DNA of 59,674 nt, counting the filler. It is 5 parts of 5 records of this genome, joined end to end, with 100 filler letters (N's around TTAATTAATTAA, not from the genome) between each part and the next. Parts side by side here need not be neighbours in the genome. Positions count along the whole stretch, not along the records: positions 15,276 to 31,039 come from DRR723986_2933; 4 more parts are not named here. The stretch is one strand, 5' to 3'. This document shows positions 19,701-29,209 of this stretch, piece by piece. The stretch's first letter is position 1. Every line of letters begins with the position of its first letter. The notes beneath the pieces were generated by a model that was not told the DNA's origin, ran no database searches, and was given only the letters and a program-made list of their open reading frames with translations. Made by a program: the position numbers and the translations under genes.

Positions 19701-20837
19701 CTACGGCTCCGCGCTGTCGGATTCGGCTTCCGGGAGGGTGCGTACCTGGACCGGCACACCGGGCCGAACCTGCTGCAGACCGCGAATGATAACGCGGTCC
19801 CCCTCGTCCACACCCCGGTTAACCAGCACCATATCGTCGAAGCGGTCACCCAACTCGACGTTGCGCCGCAGCACCGTACTGCTACCGTCAACCAGCAGCA
19901 CAAAACTGCCCTGCTGGTCCGCCTGCACTGCGGCCTGCGGTATAAACAGCCCCTCCAGCAGATTGGTGTCCTGCAACACCACCCGCACGTACTGCCCGGG
20001 AACCAACAGGGCATTCGGGTTGGGAATCCGGGCCCGCGCCTCCAGGGTGCCGGTCACCTCATCGATTCGGTTGGCAAAATAATCAATGTGGCCCACGCCG
20101 GGATACGTCGCGCCATTGGCCAGGCGCAGCATCACCTCGACACTCTGTAAATCTTCCACCTCCGGACCACCGGGATGATCCAGCCGTTCGGCGAGGGCCG
20201 CGATATAGGTCGCCTCACTCACCTGGAACAGGGCCTCGATGGGGTCAATGCTGACCAGGGTGGTGAGGTTCCCGGTCGTGGGGCCTACCAGGTCACCGGG
20301 GCTGACCACGCTGCGACCGATGCGGCCGGTGAAAGGCGCGCGGATGGTGGTAAAGCCGAGGTTGACCTCGGCGCTGGTCACCTGTGCATTGGCTGCCTCG
20401 ATCCGGGCATCGGCATCAAGCTTCTTGGCGGTGAGATCATCCATCTCCGCCTGGCTGATGGCCCCCTTGGGGAGCAACTCCTTACCGCGCCGGAAGTTAC
20501 GCGCCGCATTGGCCTGGTTGGCAACAGCTGCCGCCAGATCCGCCTTGGCCCGCGCCATGGCGGCCTGGTACTCGGAGGCATCAACGGTGTATAGGATGTC
20601 ACCGGCCTCGACCAGCTCCCCCTCGCGGAAATCGCGGGTCAGCAGGTAGCCGGAGACTCTCGCCTGGATGGCGACATCATCCCGTGCCTGCAGCCGGCCG
20701 ACATATTCACGCCGTGGCTGGTAGGGCTCAGCAGTCACCTCATCGACAACCACTTCAACCACCCGTGGCGGCGGTGCCTCCTCTCCGCAGCCGCTCACCA
20801 GCAGCGCAGCCAATACCCATGCAATTCGTCTAGACAC
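19701..20837 (-). CDS. RND periplasmic adaptor (membrane fusion lipoprotein)
   Basis: Lipobox LVSGC, ARVSGYL, IRAPFTGRIG. Abuts the RND gene. Confidence 0.93.
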   Translation of the reverse strand: MSRRIAWVLAALLVSGCGEEAPPPRVVEVVVDEVTAEPYQPRREYVGRLQARDDVAIQARVSGYLLTRDFREGELVEAGDILYTVDASEYQAAMARAKADLAAAVANQANAARNFRRGKELLPKGAISQAEMDDLTAKKLDADARIEAANAQVTSAEVNLGFTTIRAPFTGRIGRSVVSPGDLVGPTTGNLTTLVSIDPIEALFQVSEATYIAALAERLDHPGGPEVEDLQSVEVMLRLANGATYPGVGHIDYFANRIDEVTGTLEARARIPNPNALLVPGQYVRVVLQDTNLLEGLFIPQAAVQADQQGSFVLLVDGSSTVLRRNVELGDRFDDMVLVNRGVDEGDRVIIRGLQQVRPGVPVQVRTLPEAESDSAEP

Positions 20838-20921
20838 CTGGAAACCCTGAGCTCGTCGTATCCGGCTAGTTTAGACCATCCGGGGCACGGCCACCCGCCT
20901 GGAAACCCAATAGACGGGCAC

Positions 20922-20946
20922 AAAAAAGCCGCCTCAAGGGCGGCTT
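20922..20946 (-). terminator. Rho-independent terminator of cytochrome c5
   Basis: AAAAAAGCCGCC-TCAAG-GGCGGCTT hairpin with the U-tract on the minus strand. Confidence 0.75.
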
Positions 20947-20965
20947 CTGGCAGACCTGAGACGGC

Positions 20966-21391
20966 CTACTGACTACCTGCGACCATAAAATCGACCGCTG
21001 CGTGGATTTCCTCGTCGGAACAGGCCATACAACCGCCCTTGGCAATCATGCCCGTGCCGGGCACGCCGTTGACGCCGCTGGCGTACAACGCGTCGGTGCC
21101 CTTGGCGATGCGATCGGCCCAGGCCGCGACATCGCCGAGTACCGGCGCGCCACCGGCGCCAGTGGTATGACAGGCCATGCAGGCGCCGTTATAGACGTCC
21201 TCGCCGGAGCGCGGACCGGAGGCAGCGGCAACCGCCGCGCCACCGCAGGTGCTGTCACCCTGCAGGCAAACTTCGCCGACAGGCTTGATACGCTCTTCGA
21301 TGGCAGCGCGCTGCGCATCAGTCAGATCGACTGCCACAGCGGCGGCGGCCAGTACGGCCATAGCAACAAAAGCAAGAATTCGAGTGATCAC
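20966..21391 (-). CDS. Cytochrome c5
   Basis: Signal peptide, ERIKPVG, heme motif CMACH, WADRIAKG and the c5-type MxAKGGCxxCSDEE. Confidence 0.92.
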   Translation of the reverse strand: MITRILAFVAMAVLAAAAVAVDLTDAQRAAIEERIKPVGEVCLQGDSTCGGAAVAAASGPRSGEDVYNGACMACHTTGAGGAPVLGDVAAWADRIAKGTDALYASGVNGVPGTGMIAKGGCMACSDEEIHAAVDFMVAGSQ

Positions 21392-21531
21392 GGCATAGTC
21401 CTCTCACGAAACGGCGCGCATTATAGCCAGTTATGACCCCCGGGGAAACTCAACCCCTCCTCCGGCTGACAGGCCGCCACGGGCTCTGCTAGCATGCCCG
21501 ACCCAACCCATTACAGCAGGCACTGCCCAGC

Positions 21532-22161
21532 ATGAAACTCTACACCTACGATCCAGCTCCCAATCCCAAGCGCCTGCAGCTGTTCATGGACTACAAGGGT
21601 ATCGAGATACCGACCGAGCAAGTGGACATGATGAGCCAGGAGCAGCTGGGTGAGCCGTTTCGGGCCATCAACCCGCTGGGCACCGTGCCAAGCCTGGTGC
21701 TGGATGATGGCACGGTGCTGACCGAGGTTATCGGGGCCTGCCTCTACCTTGAAGATCGCTACCCCGATCGCCCGCTGCTGGGCAGCCCGGGGCTGGCCCA
21801 GGCTCGGGTAATCAGCTGGGACCACCTGTTGCTGATGGGCGTATTCCAGCCGATCGCCGAGATATTCCGCAACGGGCACCCTTCCTTTGTCGGGCGCGCA
21901 ATCCCGGGCGCCTTGCCAGTCGACCAGATTCCGGCGCTGGTCGAGCGCGGTAAGCACCGGCTGGCGGACGGCTGGGCCATGGTGGACCGGGCGCTCGCCC
22001 AGTCTCCCTTCCTCGCCGGCGACCAGTTCAGCTTTGCCGACATCGACCTGCTGATTGCCACCGAGTTCTCCCAGTGGGCGGCCCGCCAGCCGGTGCCCGA
22101 AAGCTGCACCAATATCCATGCCTGGCTGCCTCGCGCCAGCGAGGCTCTCGCTCAAAAATAG
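21532..22161 (+). CDS. Glutathione S-transferase family protein
   Basis: APNPKR, INPLGTVPSL, FLAGDQFSFADI. Confidence 0.9.
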   Translation: MKLYTYDPAPNPKRLQLFMDYKGIEIPTEQVDMMSQEQLGEPFRAINPLGTVPSLVLDDGTVLTEVIGACLYLEDRYPDRPLLGSPGLAQARVISWDHLLLMGVFQPIAEIFRNGHPSFVGRAIPGALPVDQIPALVERGKHRLADGWAMVDRALAQSPFLAGDQFSFADIDLLIATEFSQWAARQPVPESCTNIHAWLPRASEALAQK

Positions 22162-23396
22162 AAGGCAAGCTGGGCGAACAGGGAAGGGCCGGCACTGAGA
22201 TAGAGCCCGTCGACCCCGCTGTCCAGGCCACCGAACTCGGTACCGTCAGCACCCAGCGGCAGATTCACCGCGCCCAGCAGCTGCCAGTCCTGGGCCAGGT
22301 CCCAGCGGGCGACCAGCTGGGCCAGCGCCGATGCGTCTCCCAGGTTAACGAACACATTGGGCGTCAGGTTCAGCAGCGGGGTGACCTCGATTTGCAAGGA
22401 GCCCGCCGCGTAGTGACGACCGACCGTGAACAGCTCGCCGCGAATAAGCCGGTCGGTCAGGTCAGTAGCTGCCGCGATTTCCCCGGGCGAGTAATCACCC
22501 TCCCGCAGGCCAAAGCCATTGAAAAAATACTCCGCCACCGCGCTCATGTTGTAGCCCCGCCACTCCCAGGACCAGGACCAGTTCGCCACCAGGCTGGCGG
22601 TCCAGCCATCTGCGGCGTCGACCAGCACCAGGTCACTGCGCAGTACCGCCTCCCCCAGGTTGGCCGTTCCGCCCAGTGCCACGATCGTGTCGCTGTAGTG
22701 CTCCGCCAGCAGCAGGTCGTATTCGCGCTCCAGCCCGAAGCCGTGAAACTTGAGTGCCGAGGAGCGCACCTCGGAACTCACCTCTCCCGATGCATCACGG
22801 CGTTGCACGGTCACAAACTGCCAGTCGCTGCCGCTGTCCAGCAGGTACTGGCCATAGAGCATGTCATCGCCGATCTTGTACTCGGTATCGACCGAGGCCG
22901 GGTCGAAGGGATTGAAGAAATCCATCGGGTTATAGATCAGGCCATTACCCCAGCTCACCGCCTGGCGACCAAAACGCAGCACCGTCCGCTCCCCGGTGTA
23001 ATCCAGATGGAGCCGATCAAGCCGCTGCACCAGCAATTGCGAATCGCTGTCACTGACGGTGGCGGTCAGGTCCCACCAGCGACGCTCATCATCCGGCAGC
23101 GGCGGCGGCACCAGGAACAAGCCATCGAAGGCCCGGCTCAACTCCAGGCTGTCGCCGAAACGGGCGAGAAACTGGTAGTCCGCGTTCAGCGATAGCCGGT
23201 CGCTGCTCCCCCGGAAATTGAGCCGCAGCTCGCTGCCCTGGTCGTGGGCGACGGCATCCAGCGCCTCGCGAAACACGCTGTCCTCGGGATAGTAAGCGCT
23301 CTGCAGCTGGCCCTTGATGTGCCCGCGCTCAAACAGCGGGATGTCGGCAAGCGCCGGCCCGCCAGCGAGCAGTAACAGCAGGGTCAGCTCTCGCAC
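22152..23396 (-). CDS. Putative outer-membrane beta-barrel protein
   Basis: Signal peptide, RLDRLHLDY, RFGRQAVSWG, DFFNPFD and a C-terminal beta-signal ending LAFYF. Last gene of the ABC operon. Confidence 0.7.
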   Translation of the reverse strand: MRELTLLLLLAGGPALADIPLFERGHIKGQLQSAYYPEDSVFREALDAVAHDQGSELRLNFRGSSDRLSLNADYQFLARFGDSLELSRAFDGLFLVPPPLPDDERRWWDLTATVSDSDSQLLVQRLDRLHLDYTGERTVLRFGRQAVSWGNGLIYNPMDFFNPFDPASVDTEYKIGDDMLYGQYLLDSGSDWQFVTVQRRDASGEVSSEVRSSALKFHGFGLEREYDLLLAEHYSDTIVALGGTANLGEAVLRSDLVLVDAADGWTASLVANWSWSWEWRGYNMSAVAEYFFNGFGLREGDYSPGEIAAATDLTDRLIRGELFTVGRHYAAGSLQIEVTPLLNLTPNVFVNLGDASALAQLVARWDLAQDWQLLGAVNLPLGADGTEFGGLDSGVDGLYLSAGPSLFAQLAFYF

Positions 23397-23399
23397 CGG

Positions 23400-24101
23400 C
23401 TACACCGCCATGGCGTGCGACTGCTGGGGCTCGTCGCTGACGATACGGCCGTCCTGCATGCGCACGAGGCGGCGCGCATAGCCCATCACCCGGGTGTCGT
23501 GGGTGGCAATAACAAAGGTGACCCCGCGCGCGTTCAGCTCGACGAACAGATCCATCAGCTGGGCCGCGCTGTGGGTATCAAGATTCGCGGTAGGTTCATC
23601 TGCCAGCACCAGCCTGGGCTTGCTGGCAATCGCACGCGCCACCGCGACCCGCTGCTGCTGGCCGCCGGACAGCTCCGCTGGCAGGCGACCCTCCATACCG
23701 GCGAGCCCGACCTCTGCCAGCACCGCGTCGGTGCGCTGCCTGCGCTCTGCTGCGGGCACCCCCTGCACCTGCATGACGAACTCCACGTTTTCCCGCGCCG
23801 AGAGCACCGGCACCAGGTTATAGGCCTGGAACACGAAGCCGATATTGTTGAGCCGCATGTCCGCGAGCTCGCCCTTGTCCAACTGGTCCAGCCGGAACTC
23901 ACCCACGGTGATTTCACCGCTGTCCGGGGTATCCAGGCCGCCAAGGGCATTCAACAGGGTGGTCTTGCCGGAGCCTGAAGGACCGGACAGGCAGACAAAC
24001 TCGCCCTCGTCGATGGCGAGTGACACATCCGCCAGGCCGGTAATCACAGCGTCCCCCTGATGGAAGGTCTTACACAGGCCTTTGCAGCGAATCGAACTCA
24101 T
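23400..24101 (-). CDS. LolD/MacB-type ABC transporter ATP-binding protein
   Basis: GPSGSGKT, IGFVFQAYNL, LSGGQQQR, LADEPTANLD. Confidence 0.93.
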   Translation of the reverse strand: MSSIRCKGLCKTFHQGDAVITGLADVSLAIDEGEFVCLSGPSGSGKTTLLNALGGLDTPDSGEITVGEFRLDQLDKGELADMRLNNIGFVFQAYNLVPVLSARENVEFVMQVQGVPAAERRQRTDAVLAEVGLAGMEGRLPAELSGGQQQRVAVARAIASKPRLVLADEPTANLDTHSAAQLMDLFVELNARGVTFVIATHDTRVMGYARRLVRMQDGRIVSDEPQQSHAMAV

Positions 24102-24120
24102 GGTTAATGCCTCCCGGGCA

Positions 24121-25356
24121 TTACAGGTTGCGGGTCAGGGCCGCGACCGGATCCAGTTTTGCGGCGCGCCAGGCCGGCAGCAGACTCGCCGCCAGGCCCA
24201 GGCCAATCACCACTGCGGTGGACATGAACATATCCCTCACGTCCAGTGCGGGGTACAGCACGGTACCCATGGCCATCATCTCCATGCCCTCGGCAACCAC
24301 GGAGATATCAATTCCTGACTCCAGCGGCAGCACCGTGAGCACGGCCAGCAGATTGCCGCTGAGCAGGCCAATGGAGAGCAGGTACAGGCTTTCCAGCAAT
24401 ACCTGCACCACGATCAGCCCCGGACGCATGCCAAGAGCCTGCATCAGGCCAATCTCCCGAACCCGTTCGAACAGGGCCATCACCAGGGTATTCACCAGGC
24501 CAAAGGAGAGAGCCAGGAACACGACCACGATAAAGATCAGCGCGAAGCCATCCTGCACCCCCAGCATGCTGCCCAGGAAGGCGTTGAGCTCGGTCCAGGA
24601 CGCGACTACGAGCGCGTCGCCCGCTGCCTGCGCCACTGCGGGGTACCAGCGCTCCACCGCACGGTAGTCGTCGGCAGTCAGCGCAATCTCGGATACCCGA
24701 TCGCCCAGACGCAGCATCTCCTGGGCCACCGCGCGACCCACGTAGACATAGCGATCCTCGGTGTTGCGCAGCCTCGCGCCATAGATGCCCACGACGCGGA
24801 ATCCACGATCGACCACGTCGTTGTCCGGGTCCTGGGACATGAGCACAACACGTTTGCCGACCCGGGTTTCGAGCTGTTCGGCAAGGTGCGCGCCAATCAC
24901 GATACCGCGATCGTCGACGTCCTCGATGAAACGTCCATCCTCTATGCGATCAGGCCGGGCTCCCACCCGCTCTTCCTGCCCCGGGTCGATCCCCAGCAGG
25001 GACACGCTACGACTGCCGTACTCGCTGGAGATCACCGCCGGCACCCGCACCCGGGACGATTCCCCCGTCACCGGGCTGGCGTCTATCGCCGCGCGCAGCG
25101 GGGCGGGTAGCGGGCCGATGCTGTTGACCACGCTGGGGTCGTGGCGATAGGCCGGATGGTGGATCTGCACCTCCCCCGGCAACAGGTTGAGGCCATTGCG
25201 CACCATCTGGTCGGTCATGCCGCGCATCAGCGCATTCATAAAAATCATTGCCCACACGCCGACCGCGATGGTCAGCAGCATGATCAGGGTGCGCCGCCGG
25301 TTGCGCCACAGGTTGCGCCAGGCAAGCACCGACAGGGTGGTCAGGGGCAGTCTCAT
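24121..25356 (-). CDS. LolC/E (MacB-FtsX)-type ABC permease
   Basis: AWRNLWRNRRRT, large periplasmic domain, ERVREIGLMQALG, PAWRAAKLDPVAAL. Confidence 0.9.
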   Translation of the reverse strand: MRLPLTTLSVLAWRNLWRNRRRTLIMLLTIAVGVWAMIFMNALMRGMTDQMVRNGLNLLPGEVQIHHPAYRHDPSVVNSIGPLPAPLRAAIDASPVTGESSRVRVPAVISSEYGSRSVSLLGIDPGQEERVGARPDRIEDGRFIEDVDDRGIVIGAHLAEQLETRVGKRVVLMSQDPDNDVVDRGFRVVGIYGARLRNTEDRYVYVGRAVAQEMLRLGDRVSEIALTADDYRAVERWYPAVAQAAGDALVVASWTELNAFLGSMLGVQDGFALIFIVVVFLALSFGLVNTLVMALFERVREIGLMQALGMRPGLIVVQVLLESLYLLSIGLLSGNLLAVLTVLPLESGIDISVVAEGMEMMAMGTVLYPALDVRDMFMSTAVVIGLGLAASLLPAWRAAKLDPVAALTRNL

Positions 25357-26582
25357 GCGGCCCTCATCGCGGCAACCGGCTGCAGGCCGAACAGGCGCAG
25401 CGCCGGGTAGATCGCGGCCAGCAGCGCGCCGGCAAAGACGGTCGCCGGACCCCAGAGCAGGCCGAGCACACTGATCTGTGGGTAGATGCGATCCTCAAGA
25501 TTGAATTGCAGGGCCATTTCCTCCATGCCCGGGTAGGAGAAGCCCGCCACGGCGAGGTAGATCACCACGAGTGCGCCACCAAAAACCCCCAGGGCCAGGC
25601 CCAGCAGGGCCATCAACAGGGTTTCCATGCCCACCAGTCGGGCCAGGGTCCCGGGACGCATGCCCAGGGCGAGCATAATGCCGAACTCTCGGGTGCGCTC
25701 CAGCACCGACATCAACTGGGTATTGAGCACGCTGAAAGCCACCAGGAAAATCAGCACCAGGTACATGAACCAGGCACTCGCCATATCAGAGGTGATCGCC
25801 TGGCGCAGGCCCGGTTCCAGGTCTTCCCAGGGGCGCAGCACCAGGCCCTGGTCCGCGGGCACCAGCTCACCGGCGGTGAGCAGGGCGGCGGGCAGCGCCT
25901 TCAGGGTGGGGGCCCTAAGGACAACCGTGTGGGCATGGTCACCCATGGCAAAGACCTCCTGGAACCAGGCCAGCGGTACCTGGGCCATCGCCCGGTCCGC
26001 CTCTTCAAACCCGGTTTCCACGATCCCCACCACCCGGGCGACGCCGGCGGCAGTGGAACCGTCCCGACCGCTGCCGATAAATACCAGCTCGTCACCCAGG
26101 CCAACCCGCAGATTACGGGCGAGGATCGTGCCCACAACAATCTCGTCATTGCTGCCAGGCTGCAGGTACCGTCCCTCCCGGACCAGGCCCGGCAAGGTGG
26201 ATACCAGTGGCTCGTGTTCGGGTTCAACTCCGGTCACCTGCATGCCGAAAGAGCGCTGGTCGCTGGAAGCCAGCGCAAACCCGATGCCGCGGGCGGCTAC
26301 CGTATCGACGCCCAGCCCCTCGCGCAGCTCCGCCGCCAGGGTCGCTGCGGCCGGCACCGTCTGGCGCATCTTGCCCTCTTCCAGGTAATCCCGCTGCTGC
26401 ACCTGGGCATGGCCGGTAATCGGCCCCAGCGAGTTTTCGATCATCATGTCGTAGGAACCAAGCTGCAGCGAGATGAGAAACACCAGCAACACGTTGCAGA
26501 ACACCATGGCGCCAATGGTCAGCCAGGTGCGGCGACTGTGGCGCCACAGGTTGCGCCAGGCCAGTAGCCAGGTCACGCTCAC
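25353..26582 (-). CDS. LolC/E (MacB-FtsX)-type ABC permease
   Basis: AWRNLWRHSRRT and ERTREFGIMLALG. GTG start at 26582 overlaps the upstream stop (GTGA). Confidence 0.9.
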   Translation of the reverse strand: MSVTWLLAWRNLWRHSRRTWLTIGAMVFCNVLLVFLISLQLGSYDMMIENSLGPITGHAQVQQRDYLEEGKMRQTVPAAATLAAELREGLGVDTVAARGIGFALASSDQRSFGMQVTGVEPEHEPLVSTLPGLVREGRYLQPGSNDEIVVGTILARNLRVGLGDELVFIGSGRDGSTAAGVARVVGIVETGFEEADRAMAQVPLAWFQEVFAMGDHAHTVVLRAPTLKALPAALLTAGELVPADQGLVLRPWEDLEPGLRQAITSDMASAWFMYLVLIFLVAFSVLNTQLMSVLERTREFGIMLALGMRPGTLARLVGMETLLMALLGLALGVFGGALVVIYLAVAGFSYPGMEEMALQFNLEDRIYPQISVLGLLWGPATVFAGALLAAIYPALRLFGLQPVAAMRAA

Positions 26583-27331
26583 TGGCGCGGGTTCCTCAGG
26601 TTTGACAGGGTGAACACGTTCTCCGGCAGATCGAGGTCGAACTCCGCCGCCTCCGTGGCCAGCTCGGTCCACTCATCCGGGGTCGCCTGCTTGCTCATCC
26701 GCAACACCGTTGCCACGGTCCGCCCGGACAGCTCCTCGATCTCCAGCGCGCGCAAGGTTTTGACCAGCACCCCGTCCTGGTCCCAGTACTGCTGCTCGAG
26801 CAGGACCCAGTCATCGCGGATACTCAGCACCTCCCTGCCCCAGACCACCGCCGCCTCCTCCCGTGGAATGGACTCGATGACATAGACCGTATGGCCGTCC
26901 TGTTCCCGCTGTTCCAGCAGGCGGTGGTCGTATTCTTCGATGATGTCCGTGTCCTTGCTGACGTCCTTATTGGAAAAATCGCTGCCCATCCAGTTCTGGC
27001 TCATCATTGAGGATGGGATCTTGATAACCCGGTTGATCTTGGGGGTGAAGGTCCACATGTTGCCGTCTACCGACAGGGTGCCGTTACCGGCGTCCTTGCG
27101 TGGCGCGATAACCCGCACCAGCGTCTGCTTGTCGCCCTCGGTCCAGGCCTGCATGGTCATACTCCGGCTCCAGTCGGTGCGCCGGATGGTCATGGTCATC
27201 TCGGAGTAGGAGGTGAGGCCCCGGTAATGATCCATCGCCTTGCGGATGATGTCGGCGGCGGTTATTTCCTGACTGGAGCCGGCACTGCTGAAACACAGCA
27301 AGGCCAGCAGTATCGCGATCCGAACGTGCAT
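26579..27331 (-). CDS. LolA-like periplasmic protein (outer membrane lipoprotein-sorting protein family)
   Basis: Signal peptide, APRKDAGNGTL, MWTFTP, WMGSDFSNKD, C-terminal FTLSNLRN. Confidence 0.8.
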   Translation of the reverse strand: MHVRIAILLALLCFSSAGSSQEITAADIIRKAMDHYRGLTSYSEMTMTIRRTDWSRSMTMQAWTEGDKQTLVRVIAPRKDAGNGTLSVDGNMWTFTPKINRVIKIPSSMMSQNWMGSDFSNKDVSKDTDIIEEYDHRLLEQREQDGHTVYVIESIPREEAAVVWGREVLSIRDDWVLLEQQYWDQDGVLVKTLRALEIEELSGRTVATVLRMSKQATPDEWTELATEAAEFDLDLPENVFTLSNLRNPRQ

Positions 27332-27435
27332 AACGATCCCTTGTCCTGTTCCTGACATGATAACGTCACTTTAGCAGCCTCGCTGTGCCCAGTTCCGATG
27401 ACCCATTCCAACCCGGCATGCGTTATAACACTGCA

Positions 27436-28515
27436 ATGATCTCGCTCATCGCTTTCACGCGCGCAAGACACCCTTGCCGCCATCGGCGAACTGCCGCCCT
27501 CGTCCTGTTACTCACGCTGGGGCCGCTGCTGCTTGCCTGCACTCCCGGCGGACCCGAGGATGCATTGCAGGACTACCTGGCTCGGCTGGCGCGCACGCTG
27601 GACCAGGATGCGCCATTGGTCGCCCCTGCCCAGTGGCCGCGAATCCCCGATACCCGGGAGCTGAAGCTGGTCCTCGAGGACAACAAGCTCGATGCGCTGG
27701 ATTTCCTGTCCCTCAGCGGCTGCGCGGTGCAGGTGACTATCGGCAAGCGGAACAGCAGCCTCGGTCGACTGGCGCCGCCATCCCAGCGGCTGCTGCTGGA
27801 CCTGGAGTACCTGGCGCTGGCGCCGGCCTGTGTCGAGTCGCTGGCCGCGGAAGGTGAGAAGGTACTGGCCGACACCTTGCAACAGGCCTGGGAACTCAAG
27901 CGCGAGCAGTTACCCGCGCGCATTTACCTGGCGACTCTGGGCAGCCCGGAATACCGCGCCCTGTGGCGCAAACCCTCAAGTCTGGCGGACTATCCCGGGA
28001 ACACCGCCAGTACCGTGGTAACGGCGCTCGCGGCAATCGACAGCCTGGCGGCACGCTGGCTCGCCGGTGATTACCGGGCGGACAACATGGAATTCGAGAT
28101 CTTCCTCGGGGAGGTAGCGACCGGAGACGGCGGCGCGCTGATGGAAGCCCTGGCGACCCAGAACGCCTGGCTCAATGCGGCAAATGACATTCTGCAGCGG
28201 CGCTTCGCCGAAGGCCCCCTGTGCAGCGCCAGCCAGCGTCACCCGCAGTCCGAGATCCTGCGCACCGTCGTGCACAAGTTTTTCATTGCCGGCGTCCAGC
28301 CCTGGTCTGCCGCTGTCAGCCGGCGACACTACGAGTTGCTGGTGCCTCTGCAGGCGCTGGAGGCACGCCTGGCCGAAGCCCTGCCGCCGACCTACCGGGA
28401 CTGGCGCCAGTCCAGGGACACTTTTCTCGAGCACACCAACGCTGCGCCCAGAACCCATGTCGGGCAAATCCAGCAGCTGCTGGATCCCTGCCTGGACCCG
28501 GCCGCCGCCGGCTGA
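27436..28515 (+). CDS. Putative lipoprotein (DUF3080-like)
   Basis: Lipobox LLAC, DYLARLA, C..IGKRNSSLGR..PSQRL. Family assigned from recall; start uncertain. Confidence 0.6.
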   Translation: MISLIAFTRARHPCRHRRTAALVLLLTLGPLLLACTPGGPEDALQDYLARLARTLDQDAPLVAPAQWPRIPDTRELKLVLEDNKLDALDFLSLSGCAVQVTIGKRNSSLGRLAPPSQRLLLDLEYLALAPACVESLAAEGEKVLADTLQQAWELKREQLPARIYLATLGSPEYRALWRKPSSLADYPGNTASTVVTALAAIDSLAARWLAGDYRADNMEFEIFLGEVATGDGGALMEALATQNAWLNAANDILQRRFAEGPLCSASQRHPQSEILRTVVHKFFIAGVQPWSAAVSRRHYELLVPLQALEARLAEALPPTYRDWRQSRDTFLEHTNAAPRTHVGQIQQLLDPCLDPAAAG

Positions 28516-28597
28516 GCAACGAACCCCGCAGCGCCGGGTAGCGAAGGTCTGCTACACTCCGCTGCCGATAAGTCAGCAAATACTACCGGAGCGAACC

Positions 28598-29209
28598 ATG
28601 ACCTTACCCCGCGACTTTCCAGGCAAGCTGTTTGCCAGCCTGACCCTGATGCTGGCCCTGGCGGCCTGCGCCAGCGGCCCACCCAAGCCCGATGTGGACT
28701 ACAAGGCCGACTACAACTTCATGCAGGTAAAAAAAGTCGCCTTCTATAAGGGCTCAGGCGATGTGACTGGCGATAACCCGCTGCAGCTGAGCGACTTCCA
28801 GAAAGAGCGGATTGATGAGGCGCTGAAATTTGCGCTGCAAAACAAGGGCATGCAGTTTGTCACCAACCCCGAGGAGGCCGACCTGTTGGTCAGCTGGCAC
28901 CTGGTGACGGAAAACCGTACCGATGTTCGCACCTATGAGACGCCGGCATACGGCGGCGCCTATTACGGCGGCTATGGGCGCTACAACCGCTACAGCATGT
29001 ACAACTGCTGGAGCTGTATGCCCACCCAGACCGAGGTGTCGGTCAAAAACTACACCCAGGGCATGTTCATCGTCGACATGATCGACCCGGAGCTGCGCAA
29101 GTCCGTGTGGCGCAGCGTGATCCAGTCGAAGCTGCAGGGCAAGCACGAGAGCGACCAGGGCAAATACAATGAGGCGGCCACTGCGATGTTCGCCTCATTC
29201 CCGCCCTAG
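28598..29209 (+). CDS. DUF4136-like lipoprotein
   Basis: Lipobox LAAC, a G/Y-rich loop, YTQGMFIVDMID..VWR. Confidence 0.7.
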   Translation: MTLPRDFPGKLFASLTLMLALAACASGPPKPDVDYKADYNFMQVKKVAFYKGSGDVTGDNPLQLSDFQKERIDEALKFALQNKGMQFVTNPEEADLLVSWHLVTENRTDVRTYETPAYGGAYYGGYGRYNRYSMYNCWSCMPTQTEVSVKNYTQGMFIVDMIDPELRKSVWRSVIQSKLQGKHESDQGKYNEAATAMFASFPP

